Assembly: GCA_963767465.1 (NCBI GenBank)
Contig: CAVYDW010000001.1
Coordinates: 1,474,931-1,538,930, forward strand
Length of the DNA: 64,000 nucleotides
Direction of reading: 5' to 3'
DNA from: an uncultured Phycisphaerae bacterium
Lineage (GTDB): Bacteria; Planctomycetota; Phycisphaerae; UBA1845; JANYLN01
The notes under the pieces were generated by a model. It did not search any database. It saw only the letters and a program-made list of their open reading frames with translations, and was not told the origin of the DNA. The stretch's first letter is position 1. Each line of letters begins with the position of its first letter. Position numbers and translations under genes: made by a program. Positions 32,816-42,778 of the stretch are shown here, one piece after another.

Positions 32816-33018
32816 CTCTCCTTGTATACCAAGCCGTTGCTGTCATTCCGAGGGCCATGGACGAGTCAGTTCGTGGATCTCACGTCCCAGGCCCGAGGAA
32901 TCCAGTCGTTGTCGTTTCCGGATGTCCTACCAACCCTGCCCGTCTTCCGTCTCATCGTGTCAGACTACGGCGGGCCGTTTCCCCGCTGACGGCTGACCGC
33001 TGACGCCCTTCGCGCCGT

Positions 33019-33702
33019 TCACGCCGTTCCCGTCTCCATCGCGGGCTCCACCTCAATCGTCGTCGACCCCAGCGCCCGCACCACGCGCACCGGCGTGCCG
33101 GCCTTGATCGGCCGGCCCTGGGCGGACCTCGCCTTCACGCACGAGATCGCCCCGCTGACCAGCACCCGGGCCTCCCCTTGCCCTCCCTCGGGGATGTCCA
33201 GGTAGATCACGCCGCGCGTGCCGATGCACGTGGCGATGTTCGCCGTGCCCGTCTCGACCATCCGCTGCAGACTGTATAGCGCCGCCGCCACGCCGAACAT
33301 CCCAGCCGTTCCCCACAGCAGGGCATAGCAGACGCTCCGCGGGATCGGCGTTTGGTTGGTCAGGTACAGCCCGCCGGCCCAGCAGAACAGCGTGCAGAAC
33401 GCCAGGATCGACCGCACGGTCAGCAGCTTGAAGTCCGACACCGTCTCCGACATCGGGTGCGCGCCGCTGTGTGACGAGTCGCCGTGGTCGCCCGGTCCGC
33501 CTGCCCCATGCGCGGCGCCCGCGTCGCTGTGGTCGAGGCCCCCGGCATCCGGGTGCCCAACGTCCGCGTCGTGGACGCTGATCATGCCCAGCAGGCTGCC
33601 CAGCATCTGCCAGACGAACAGGACCGTGAAGAATGCGGCGCCGTTGTAGAACCACCGGTTCAAGGGGCTCAGGCTCTGCCACCAGTTGGACCACTCTGCC
33701 AT
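33019..33702 (-). CDS. NfeD-family membrane protein, flotillin partner
   Basis: N-terminal TM helices plus a C-terminal OB-fold-like segment (ARVLVSGAISCVKARSAQGRPIKAGTPVRVVRALGSTTIEV). Sits immediately upstream of the flotillin gene. Confidence 0.7.
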   Translation of the reverse strand: MAEWSNWWQSLSPLNRWFYNGAAFFTVLFVWQMLGSLLGMISVHDADVGHPDAGGLDHSDAGAAHGAGGPGDHGDSSHSGAHPMSETVSDFKLLTVRSILAFCTLFCWAGGLYLTNQTPIPRSVCYALLWGTAGMFGVAAALYSLQRMVETGTANIATCIGTRGVIYLDIPEGGQGEARVLVSGAISCVKARSAQGRPIKAGTPVRVVRALGSTTIEVEPAMETGTA

Positions 33703-33715
33703 GGTTCTTGCTCCT

Positions 33716-35633
33716 GTGCGCCGGGATAAACCGGCAAGGTGTAGTGAATGAAAGAGTCATACGTTGAAGGGTTAGCGGCCCACGACGGCCCCGAGTCATG
33801 CGGAGACGCCTGCAAGGGCGTCGTCGAAGCGTTGACAGGGGAACGCGCAGGCCGGGTATTCAGCCGCGAAAGTAACCATCCTCCGGGGTGCCGACGCCGT
33901 AGGAGAAGGCGGAAGGCTACATTCGAGGCGACGCGATCGCGAGTCGCCCCGGAACCCCGCGCGGTCAGAGACCCCGAGCATGTGCGGAAACATCTTGCGC
34001 GAGAACCGGGAGATCCCCTGTCCACCGGGACCGATGGCTGGACCGGTCGTGTCGGGAAGTCCAAGGACACACGCCGATGATGAACGGACAGGGGAAGTCG
34101 GACGGTCCCGTAGTACCCGCGAAGCCCTCGAACAAGGCCGGGCAACCGGCGGCGGAGGGGGCGGAGGGAAGGGGACCGGCCAAAGGAAACCCGCCACAGC
34201 CAACCACGCCCCGGGCTCTGGACCGGCAAGGCGTGCAACAAGCGCTGGAGCGGGTACGTCAGGCTGCACGGAAGAATCGGAAGTTGCGGTTCACGACGCT
34301 GCTGCACCACGTCTACAACCCGGCCATGCTCCGGGAAGCCTACTTCGGCCTCAAGCGGGATGCTGCACCGGGGGTGGATGGCCAGACGTGGCAGGCGTAC
34401 GGGCGGGACCTGGAAGCGAATCTCCAGGACCTCTCGGCACGTCTGAAACGCGGGGCGTACCGGGCCAGGCCCGCTCGACGGGCGTACATCCCCAAACCCG
34501 ACGGCCGGCAACGGCCGCTGGGCGTGACCACGCTGGAGGACAAGCTTGTCCAGCGGGCCACGACGGAGGTGCTCAACGCCATCTACGAGCAGGACTTCCT
34601 GGGCTTCTCGTACGGCTTTCGACCGGGACGCAACCCGCATCGTGCGTTGGATGCGCTCTACGTCGGCCAGCTGACGAGGAAGGTGAACTGGGTGCTCGAT
34701 GCGGACATCCGCGGGTTCTTCGATGCCATCGACCGCGAATGGCTGGTCAAGTTCATCGAGCACCGGATCGCGGACCGGCGCATCGGACGGCTCATCCGTA
34801 AATGGCTGAACGCCGGTGTGCTGGAGGATGGGGTACGAACATGGAGTGAAACGGGCACCGTACAGGGCGGCAGTATCAGTCCGCTTCTGGCGAACGTGTA
34901 CCTGCACTACGTGTTCGACCTGTGGGTCCAGCAATGGAGGACGAAGCACGCCCACGGCGACGTGATCGTCGTGCGGTATGCGGACGACTTCATCGTGGGA
35001 TTCCAGCATCGCCACGAGGCGGAGCAGTTCCTGGCCGCCTTGCGGCAGCGGTTCGCCAAGTTCGGGTTGGAATTGCACCCGGACAAGACGCGGCTGATCG
35101 AGTTCGGCCCCTTCGCCGCCGACAACCGGCGCAAGCGGGGCCTGGGCAAACCGGAGACGTTCCACTTCCTTGGCTTCACGCATATCTGCGGGACCAAGCG
35201 GAGCAACGGACGCTTCACGGTCCTGCGTCAGACCATGCCCAAGCGGTTGCAGGCGAAACTGAACGAGGTCAAGACCGAGTTGCGACGGCGAATGCACGCC
35301 CCCGTTCCGGTGATGGGCAAGTGGTTGCGGTCGGTGGTGGGCGGGCACATCCGCTATTACGGTGTGCCGATGAACACCCCGGCCCTGGCGCGGTTCCGCT
35401 TCTGGGTGGGCTGGCACTGGCATCGCGCGCTGTCGAGACGCAGCCAGACCGGCCGCATCCCCTGGACGCGGATGACCCGCCTGATCAACCGCTATCTGCC
35501 ACCACCCCGCGTTCATCATCCGTATCCTTTACGACGGTTCGGCGTCATCACCTGAGGCAAGAGCCGGATGCGGTAGTTCCGCTCGTCCGGATCCGTGGAG
35601 GGGGTGCCCCGCAAGGGGCATCCCTACTCCGAC
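33716..35633 (+). mobile_element. Group II intron, about 1.9 kb
   Basis: 5' GUGCG at 33716. Domain V (GAGCCGGAUGCGGUAGUUCCGCUCGUCCGGAUC) at 35566-35598; domain VI hairpin with a bulged A, ending ...CCGAC at 35633. Confidence 0.75.
34077..35555 (+). CDS. Group II intron-encoded reverse transcriptase/maturase (no endonuclease domain)
   Basis: 492 aa intact: RT blocks (RPARRAYIPKPDGRQRPLGV, YADDFIV) and a maturase X domain; no HNH tail. Confidence 0.9.
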   Translation: MMNGQGKSDGPVVPAKPSNKAGQPAAEGAEGRGPAKGNPPQPTTPRALDRQGVQQALERVRQAARKNRKLRFTTLLHHVYNPAMLREAYFGLKRDAAPGVDGQTWQAYGRDLEANLQDLSARLKRGAYRARPARRAYIPKPDGRQRPLGVTTLEDKLVQRATTEVLNAIYEQDFLGFSYGFRPGRNPHRALDALYVGQLTRKVNWVLDADIRGFFDAIDREWLVKFIEHRIADRRIGRLIRKWLNAGVLEDGVRTWSETGTVQGGSISPLLANVYLHYVFDLWVQQWRTKHAHGDVIVVRYADDFIVGFQHRHEAEQFLAALRQRFAKFGLELHPDKTRLIEFGPFAADNRRKRGLGKPETFHFLGFTHICGTKRSNGRFTVLRQTMPKRLQAKLNEVKTELRRRMHAPVPVMGKWLRSVVGGHIRYYGVPMNTPALARFRFWVGWHWHRALSRRSQTGRIPWTRMTRLINRYLPPPRVHHPYPLRRFGVIT

Positions 35634-35875
35634 TGACGTTCGCACCATTCAGTATCTATTGGCGGTCCGGCTGCGGGGTCTTTCCCGCCTCGCCGGCCCC
35701 GCCGCAACAGGCCGATGTGGGCAAGACTTGCGCACAGGATACCCGCTGTCGGCTACACCGCAAGACACCGGTGCGCGCACGCGGGCGCGGCCCCGCCGGC
35801 ATGGCAGCGGCTCCTCGTGTCCCGTGTCTGTCTACAAAGAGAGTCGAACGCCGTGCGGGAGTATTGCACAGGGTC

Positions 35876-37042
35876 TCAGTGGTGCAGTCGCTGTCGCCGT
35901 TTCGTCGGATCACCGATCCGGGCTCCCAGCGGGTCCTCCAGCAGCGGCCCGTACCGTCGGAGCCACTCCCGAAACCGCCCCGCCAGCGCAGCCGTGGTCG
36001 CCGTGGCCGGCGAAACGACCATCGCCGCCGCGATCAGACGGACCAGACCCAGCCAGTCCTCGCGGTCGATGTGCTCAGCCGCGATCGTCCGGCGCTTCGT
36101 ATCACGATTGTGATAATTCCCCAGCGGCACGCACAGGCCCGCGGCGCGATACCCCGCCGCCCGGAAGACCGACGCCTCGCACGTCCCGCCGGGCATGAGC
36201 TTGCGCTGCCACGCGAAGCCGCCGTCCTCTTGGGCGATCCGCCCGGCGATCCGGCAGAGCCAGTCGACCAGGTCCGCGTCGAACACGCTCGCCCGATCCC
36301 CGATCCGTACGATCGGGCCGGCCTGCTGCGGTGCCTCCGGCTGTGCCAGGCTGCACTCGATCGATACGAACACCGCCTCCGGCGGCAGTACATGCCCGAA
36401 GGCTGCCGCGGAGGCCCCGATCAGCCCCGCTTCCTCCGCCCGCGTCACCAGCACCGCTGCATCGTGCCGCAGTCCCGCCCTGGCCAGCAGGTCCATCGCC
36501 GCCAGCGCCGCCGCCAACCCCGCCACGTCGTCACAGGCCAGCGCCTCGATCCTCCGTTGCCTCTGCCGGAAGGCCGGCAGGTCCCAGCTGCCAGGCGACC
36601 CCGCCGCCACCTCGCCGGCCAGCTCGACTACCACCTGCTGCACCCGCTGGCGGTTGTCCCTCGTGTCGATCGCGGCAATCTCTCGGACCACGCCGCGAAC
36701 CACCCCGCCGCCGGCCGGATGGAACCGCACCCGCGTACCGACGAAGTACTCCGGCTCGACCCAGCCGTGCCAATCGGCCAGCAATCGCCCGGTCCTCAGC
36801 ATCCGCCTGGCGATAAAGCCCGGGTGGTCCGCGTGGGCCACGATGATGATCGGCCGCCGGGGCAGGGCTTGCCTTCGGCTCACAAGCACATTGCCGAATC
36901 GATCCGGCGTACAGTACCACCGGTGCTGCCGCCCCAGGTTCCGTGCGAAGTCCAGTACCCGGTCCTCTACGAATGGCGCCGTCGGCAGCGACAGCAGGTC
37001 CCGCAGCAGGTCCAGGCACCGTTGCCGGCGGACCTTCTTCAT
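35876..37042 (-). CDS. M42-family metallopeptidase-like protein (putative aminopeptidase)
   Basis: ...IIIVAHADHPGF... and ...TRAEEAGLIGASAAAF... resemble the M42 metal-binding motifs; start taken at MKKVRRQ. Confidence 0.45.
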   Translation of the reverse strand: MKKVRRQRCLDLLRDLLSLPTAPFVEDRVLDFARNLGRQHRWYCTPDRFGNVLVSRRQALPRRPIIIVAHADHPGFIARRMLRTGRLLADWHGWVEPEYFVGTRVRFHPAGGGVVRGVVREIAAIDTRDNRQRVQQVVVELAGEVAAGSPGSWDLPAFRQRQRRIEALACDDVAGLAAALAAMDLLARAGLRHDAAVLVTRAEEAGLIGASAAAFGHVLPPEAVFVSIECSLAQPEAPQQAGPIVRIGDRASVFDADLVDWLCRIAGRIAQEDGGFAWQRKLMPGGTCEASVFRAAGYRAAGLCVPLGNYHNRDTKRRTIAAEHIDREDWLGLVRLIAAAMVVSPATATTAALAGRFREWLRRYGPLLEDPLGARIGDPTKRRQRLHH

Positions 37043-37279
37043 CGGCTCCCGGACAACGTCCGGCAATTCCGTTTCTGGCAAGGCATCCTCCACAGCCACA
37101 TGATGCATACCGGCAGGTCCTGCCTGGTGCAGCTGCCCTTGCGTGCCGGGCGACACCTGGACATCAAGACCACCGTCATCCGCTGCCGCTACGTGAGGGC
37201 GATGCTCCACGAAGTCGGCCTCATGTTCGACCAGCCGATCGACGTGGCGGCCGCGTACCGCATGCCGGCCGGGGCATCG

Positions 37280-38278
37280 TCACTTGTCCGTCTCCTCCCC
37301 CTCGCCGCTGGCGGAGGGTCCCGCGTAGCACTCCTTCGGCCCCAGGCGCTTTCCCAACACGTTCGTCTCGAACAGAAACTGCCGCACGTGCGTGCACAGG
37401 TGGCACTTGCCCGCGTACCCGGCCGGGCGCGGCTCGAAACCCAGGACCTTCGCATACCGCAGCAGCACGTGCGGCCCGCCTTCGATCAGGGCGCCCAGCA
37501 GCGGGTTGGCCACATGCTTCTGCGTGGTCAGCGTCCAGATCTCCCGCAGCGCCTGCTGCCTGGCGTTGCCCAGGATGATCCCCGCGCACGTCCCCGGAAA
37601 GACGTTGCCGTACGGGTCGATGTGGATGTGCCGCGCCTCCAGGATCGCCTGGTCGCACGCCTGGTCGGCAAAGCTGCTCGGGGCGGTCGCCTCCAGCAGC
37701 CACGTCATCTCCCGCGCCGCCCGGCCCGTCAGCCGCTCCCGATGCCGGGCCAGCGCCGCCCGAAAGATCTCGTTGCGCTGCGGCCGCGGCGTGTTCCGCA
37801 CGTCTTGCATGTCCTCGTACCAGTCCAGCCAGCGGACCTGCACCCGGTCCGGCCCCAGGACCCGCCGCGCCTCTTCCACGCACGTGCGGACCCTCTCTGG
37901 CGCGACGAATTGCTGGTGGTACGGGTCCGCCGAGACGACGAGCTTCCGCATCCCGAGTCGATCGAGGGCCTCGACACGCTCCCGTACGACCTGCGCATCG
38001 TTCGCCCAGTAGGCGTTGGTCTCGACCTTCTGGAAGGCCCCGTCGCCGGTCAGGCCTGAAGCATGGGCCCGCCTGGCCGTCTCCAGCAATACCGGCCAGT
38101 TGCCGAAGGGCTCTCCCCCGGACAGGTGGACCTTCACGGTCTTGCCCAAACTCCTCGCCAACTCGTCCAGCTCCTGCCACCAGCGGACGGCATCAGCCGG
38201 ATCGACCCACTCGCGCGCCTGCGGGCCGCACGAGACATAGCAGAATCGGCAGCGCGCATTGCACCAGTACGACAGCAT
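37280..38278 (-). CDS. Radical SAM protein
   Basis: CNARCRFCY (CxxxCxxC) near the N-terminus. The longer upstream in-frame extension overlaps a family-A repeat, so the shorter start was chosen. Confidence 0.6.
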   Translation of the reverse strand: MLSYWCNARCRFCYVSCGPQAREWVDPADAVRWWQELDELARSLGKTVKVHLSGGEPFGNWPVLLETARRAHASGLTGDGAFQKVETNAYWANDAQVVRERVEALDRLGMRKLVVSADPYHQQFVAPERVRTCVEEARRVLGPDRVQVRWLDWYEDMQDVRNTPRPQRNEIFRAALARHRERLTGRAAREMTWLLEATAPSSFADQACDQAILEARHIHIDPYGNVFPGTCAGIILGNARQQALREIWTLTTQKHVANPLLGALIEGGPHVLLRYAKVLGFEPRPAGYAGKCHLCTHVRQFLFETNVLGKRLGPKECYAGPSASGEGEETDK

Positions 38279-38437
38279 GATGCCCGCGAATGTCCACGGC
38301 TGGATGGTTTTGCCGAATGGGTGTAACACCTTGCGACCTTCATCAAGCAGCGCATTCGATTGTCGCACCCATCGGACTGATGTCAACGCGAAAAGGTCCG
38401 TACCAACGTCGGCCGCAGCCGGAGGGCTGCCTGGAAT

Positions 38438-38514
38438 ATGGTTGTTGAACCGCGGAAACACGGAGAGACAGGCCATGCGGCAACTCATCTCCTTATGCCC
38501 CGTGCCGCTGCGTC
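38438..38514. repeat. Family-A hairpin repeat, copy 4 (degenerate)
   Basis: AACCGCGGAAACACGGAGAGAC ... CGTGCCGCTGCGTCTCCGTGGTCT. Confidence 0.5.
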
Positions 38515-38660
38515 TCCGTGGTCTGCCTCACGCTTCCGGCGTGCAGACAGCAGTCCGGCACTTGCGAAACCCCGTGAAACCCCGCGCATTGCGGAACTGC
38601 CCTCGAACTCTTAGCATATGCGTTTCGTCGTGAATGAGGACGCCTGGAGGTGCCTTGACG

Positions 38661-40307
38661 ATGCCTGATTTCAACACCCGCCGTTACCTGTGCAATTTCG
38701 ACTATCGGCGGCTGCCCCATCTGGTTACGGATGTCCTGGTGATCGGCACGGGCGTGGCGGGCCTGCGGGCCGCCATCGAGGCCGCGCGGTTCGGCCACGT
38801 CCTGGTCCTCTCCAAATCCGCCCCCCACGAGAGCGGGACTGCCATGGCCCAGGGCGGTGTGGCGGCCGCTGTCGGCGCCGGCGACGACCCCGATAGCCAC
38901 CTGGCCGACACCCTGCGGGTCGGCTGCGGTCTGTGTAGCGAGGGTGCCGTCCGCAAGATGGTGCAGGATGCCCCCGAGTGCATCCGCGAACTGGTTGACT
39001 GGGGCACCGAGTTCGACCGCGACAACGAGCGATTCCTGCTCGGTCTCGAGGGCGGCCACAGCCGCAACCGCATCCTCCACTCCCACGGCGATGCCACCGG
39101 CGCCGAGATCTCCCGCGCCCTGCTCGCCAAGACCGCCGCGACCCCTGACATCCTCATCTTCGATAACTGCTTCGTCGTCGACCTCCTGCTCGGAGAGAAT
39201 GGCTGCGCCGGCGCCGTTACCTACAACCCACGTTTCGGCATCCAGATGTTCTGGGCCCGCCAGACGATCCTGGCCAGCGGCGGTATCGGCCGGCTCTACC
39301 GCGAGACCACGAATTCCCCCCTGGCCACCGGCGACGGCTATGCCCTGGCCTTTCGCGCCGGCGCGACCCTCCGGGCCATGGAGATGGTTCAGTTCCACCC
39401 GACGACGCTCTACGTGGCCGGCGCGACCCGCGCCCTCATCAGCGAAGCCGTTCGCGGTGAAGGGGCCTACCTCACCGACAAGAACGGCGCCCGCTTCATG
39501 CCCGACTATCATGAGCAGGCCGAACTCGCCCCCCGCAACGTCGTCAGCCGCGCCATCATCCGCCAGATGGTCAAGACCAACAGTACGCACGTCTTCCTCG
39601 ACGTGCGGCACATCGGCTCCGACCGCTTCCACAAGCGATTTCCCTACATCTCCAAGCTCTGCGAACAGTTCGGTGTCGATGTCGGCAAGGACCTCATCCC
39701 CGTCCGCCCCGCGGCCCACTACATGATCGGTGGCGTGGCGACCGATGCCTGCGGCCGGACCGACATCCACAACCTCTACGCCGTCGGTGAGGTAGCCAAC
39801 ACCGGTGTGCACGGCGCGAACCGGCTGGCCTCCAACAGCCTCCTGGAAGGGTTGGTCTTCGGGCGTGAGGCGGGCCGCACCGCCGGGCAGGCCCTGGCGA
39901 CCATCCCGAACAACACCAAGCCCTTGCCCCTGACGCACGTCAAACCCCCCTCGCACCGCCGTGAGCTCGACCTGCCGGATGTTGCCAACGCCCTGCGCTC
40001 GATCATGTGGCGCAATGTCTGCATCGAGCGCAACGCCGACCAGCTGATCGACGCGGTCGACGTCCTGAAGTTCTGGGGCCGCTACGTTATGGATAAGTCC
40101 CTGGAGACCCCCGGCGAGTGGGAGGTCCAGAACATGCTGACCACCGGCATGCTCATCGCCCGCTCGGCCCTGGCCCGCGATGAGTCCCGCGGCGTGCACT
40201 TCCGCACCGACTATCCCCAGATCGACGACCAGCACTGGCTGCGGAGTATTCTCGTCCACCGCGGTGAATCTGACCTCGTCCTGGAGACCGAACCCGTAGC
40301 CGGCTAG
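38661..40307 (+). CDS. nadB: L-aspartate oxidase
   Basis: FAD-binding VLVIGTGVAGLRAA, RxxHSHGDATG, and succinate-dehydrogenase-like flavoprotein motifs (HYMIGGV, RLASNSLLEGLVFG). Confidence 0.85.
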   Translation: MPDFNTRRYLCNFDYRRLPHLVTDVLVIGTGVAGLRAAIEAARFGHVLVLSKSAPHESGTAMAQGGVAAAVGAGDDPDSHLADTLRVGCGLCSEGAVRKMVQDAPECIRELVDWGTEFDRDNERFLLGLEGGHSRNRILHSHGDATGAEISRALLAKTAATPDILIFDNCFVVDLLLGENGCAGAVTYNPRFGIQMFWARQTILASGGIGRLYRETTNSPLATGDGYALAFRAGATLRAMEMVQFHPTTLYVAGATRALISEAVRGEGAYLTDKNGARFMPDYHEQAELAPRNVVSRAIIRQMVKTNSTHVFLDVRHIGSDRFHKRFPYISKLCEQFGVDVGKDLIPVRPAAHYMIGGVATDACGRTDIHNLYAVGEVANTGVHGANRLASNSLLEGLVFGREAGRTAGQALATIPNNTKPLPLTHVKPPSHRRELDLPDVANALRSIMWRNVCIERNADQLIDAVDVLKFWGRYVMDKSLETPGEWEVQNMLTTGMLIARSALARDESRGVHFRTDYPQIDDQHWLRSILVHRGESDLVLETEPVAG

Positions 40308-40357
40308 TCCGAAATGCGGTATACTATGCCTGATGGTACAGCCGTCGTGGCTGGAGC

Positions 40358-40388
40358 CGGGTGCCGCTGGCAGCTTGCCTGCCAGTGC
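40358..40388 (+). repeat. Family-B palindromic element, copy 2
   Basis: GGGTGCCGCTGGCAGCTTGCCTGCCAGTGC followed by TCTTT, about 50 bp after the nadB stop. Confidence 0.7.
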
Positions 40389-40479
40389 TCTTTCCTCGGG
40401 TGCCTTGCTGCAACTGACATGCTGTGGCTGCTGCATGTTTTCCGAGACCGATGTCCCGTCAAGATTCAGGGGCATTTTC

Positions 40480-41049
40480 ATGGACGACGCTACAAAGCGC
40501 CGACTACTCCAGGTTGCCCGGCAGGTCGTGGAGGCCTGCGTGTGCGGCGAACCGGTCCCGTCGCTCGATGCCGGCTGGCCCGACCTTGAGCACTCCGGCG
40601 CCTTCGTCACCCTCCGCAATCGCAAAAACCTCCGTGGTTGCATCGGTACCTTCAGCCCTCGCGGGCCTCTGCCAGCCACCCTCCAGGAGGTGGCCGCCGG
40701 GGCATGCAGCGACCCCCGGTTCGTCACGTGCCCCATCACCGCTGAAGAACTGTCCGACCTGCGGATCGAGATCTCCGTCCTATCGCCCTTGGAGCGGACC
40801 TTTGACCCCTGCAGCTTGCAGGTGGGCAAACACGGCATCTACATCCGACGCGATCACAGCGTCGGCTGTTTCCTCCCGCAGGTAGCCACCGAATTGCACT
40901 GGGATGCCGAGACCTTCCTGTCTCAGTGCTGCAGTGGCAAGGCCGGCCTGCCCGCCTATGCGTGGCAGGATCGCGACACCGAAGTCTACCTCTTCACCAC
41001 CGAATCCTTCGGCGAAGACCACCTGCCGGACGACCCCGCACACGCCTGA
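40480..41049 (+). CDS. AMMECR1-domain protein
   Basis: GAFVTLRNRKNLRGCIGTF... is the AMMECR1 signature. Confidence 0.7.
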   Translation: MDDATKRRLLQVARQVVEACVCGEPVPSLDAGWPDLEHSGAFVTLRNRKNLRGCIGTFSPRGPLPATLQEVAAGACSDPRFVTCPITAEELSDLRIEISVLSPLERTFDPCSLQVGKHGIYIRRDHSVGCFLPQVATELHWDAETFLSQCCSGKAGLPAYAWQDRDTEVYLFTTESFGEDHLPDDPAHA

Positions 41050-41213
41050 CGGGTGTTTCGGACCGGTGCCAGTCCCGCCATCCGTTGCCGTTACTCAGGA
41101 CTCAGGACTGCCTCCTCCAGCCTGCCTATACTCTCTCGGGCCCACGGTAGTACGTACCGGCGGGGGCCGGACGCTCAATGTACGTGATCCGGGCTGGTCC
41201 GGGGGGGATATCG

Positions 41214-41603
41214 ATGAACCGGATACTGCTTGCTGCAATGGTGCTCGCGGCCGGATCCCTTCCGGCCCAGGCTGCGGTTCGGACGGTCAAGGCTATCGTT
41301 ACCGCCTACTGCCCGTGCAGGGCGTGCTGCGGTCCTGATGCCCGGGGCATCACCAGTACCGGCCAGGACGCACGGCGTCTGTCAGGGTGCGCCGTCGATC
41401 CCAAGTCCATCCCGTACGGCTGCCGCGTGTACGTCCCCGGGGTAGGCTGGCGGACGGCGGATGACACCGGCTCGGCGATGCGCCGGGATGGCCGGCAGGG
41501 GATCGTCCATGTGGATGTACGGATGGGCTCGCATGCGGAGGCGCTGCGATTCGGCGTGCGGCACGTGACGATCCAGATCGAAACTCCCTTAAACAGGATT
41601 TGA
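41214..41603 (+). CDS. 3D-domain (MltA-like) secreted protein
   Basis: Signal peptide, then TAYCPCRACCG...CAVDPKSIPYG...TADDTGSAM...VDVRM. Confidence 0.6.
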   Translation: MNRILLAAMVLAAGSLPAQAAVRTVKAIVTAYCPCRACCGPDARGITSTGQDARRLSGCAVDPKSIPYGCRVYVPGVGWRTADDTGSAMRRDGRQGIVHVDVRMGSHAEALRFGVRHVTIQIETPLNRI

Positions 41604-41626
41604 CTTGTCGGGTGCCAGGGAGCGAA

Positions 41627-41854
41627 TCAGTCCGCCAGCCGCACCATATCGCTGAGTTCAACGTCGAGCGTCAGACTACGGGGCGTGCCATCCTTCTCCT
41701 GGCGAGTCAGCATCAACTTCGTCTGCATGGTCCCGTCCGACCGATCGGCCTGTTGCCGCACCCCGACAACGTGCCAGGAGATCCCGCGAACGACGACCAC
41801 AGCCTCGGCCTCCAGGCGTTCCATCAACTCACGAACGGAAATCTGAGCACCCAT
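41627..41854 (-). CDS. Small hypothetical protein
   Basis: 75 aa from MGAQISVRELMERLEAEAVVVV...; no recognisable family. Confidence 0.3.
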   Translation of the reverse strand: MGAQISVRELMERLEAEAVVVVRGISWHVVGVRQQADRSDGTMQTKLMLTRQEKDGTPRSLTLDVELSDMVRLAD

Positions 41855-41976
41855 GTCACTCCCTGCTCCTGGCTGCGAAATACCTTCCTTCAGCGCACGC
41901 CTGCTGTGGCCGCAATAGAGCCGGCTGCCACCATCCAACCGGCTCGGCGCCATGGTGCCCGGGCAAGCGGGCTGCG

Positions 41977-42603
41977 TCAAGCAAGATCACCGCCTGGTCG
42001 CGATCTGCCTGGACCCGCCATGGGCCCTCTCCAACTCGTGCCGGATGCCCTCCATCTGATCGACCGCCTCCTGCCGACCCACTGCCGCAGCCTGGGCCTC
42101 CAGATTGGCCCGCTCCAGCGCCGCCTTGGCCAACTCGACCTCCTGCCTCGCCTGCAACAGTTCCGTCCGCGTGGCCGACAGCCTGTCGGCCACCACCTGC
42201 CCAGCCGCGATCTGCCGAGAGCCCATGCCACAACCCCAGCCCGCCAATCGCCAGCAGGACAAAGATCACCCCCGCCGCCAGGTGGGCATCCAGTCTCGCC
42301 CGTTTGACCTGGCGCTCCGCCTGGTCGACCGCCGCGCCGCTGGCGGCAAGCACTGCCTCCCATCGGGCCGCCTCTTGCTGTCGAGCCTGCCGCTAGTGTC
42401 TGCTCGGTCAGCGAGGCATCCGCGCGGGCCACGTCCGCTGCATGGCCGACACTGTCGGCCATAACAGCACAATCGTCCACCAACACAAGCACCCGCCCCT
42501 CTTCCTTTCGACTCTGGACTTTGCCGGTCGCAATGCGTCGCTCCATCGTCCTGGCCGACACGCCCAGTCGGGAAGCAGCTGTCGCTTTATCTACCCATGC
42601 CAT
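41977..42603 (-). CDS. HTH-domain protein with TM helix and coiled-coil tail; about 2 frameshifts
   Basis: N-terminus ASRLGVSARTMERRIATGKVQ (excisionase/MerR-like HTH). Continues through frames into LAAGVIFVLLAIGGLGLW (TM), then AEL..ARQEVELAKAALERANLEAQAAA (coiled coil). Confidence 0.35.
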   Translation of the reverse strand: MAWVDKATAASRLGVSARTMERRIATGKVQSRKEEGRVLVLVDDCAVMADSVGHAADVARADASLTEQTLAAGSTARGGPMGGSACRQRRGGRPGGAPGQTGETGCPPGGGGDLCPAGDWRAGVVAWALGRSRLGRWWPTGCRPRGRNCCRRGRRSSWPRRRWSGPIWRPRLRQWVGRRRSIRWRASGTSWRGPMAGPGRSRPGGDLA

Positions 42604-42778
42604 CGCACTCAGTTCTCCTGCCAGATTGGAGTGTGGCCGACATGTGGCCGACAGTACTTATCGGACGACTGGCCCCGGCGACTTGAATCGGCCGATGGCC
42701 GACAGGTAGCAGCCGCAAGGCCCTTACCGATCTGCCGTTGCAGTTTTTAGTTGCAGTCCTTCGGCAAGGTAAATACAC

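Noticed and set aside
33748-34080. 110-aa ORF upstream of the intron reverse transcriptase
   Set aside because: Lies within intron ribozyme domains I-III; more likely structural RNA than coding.
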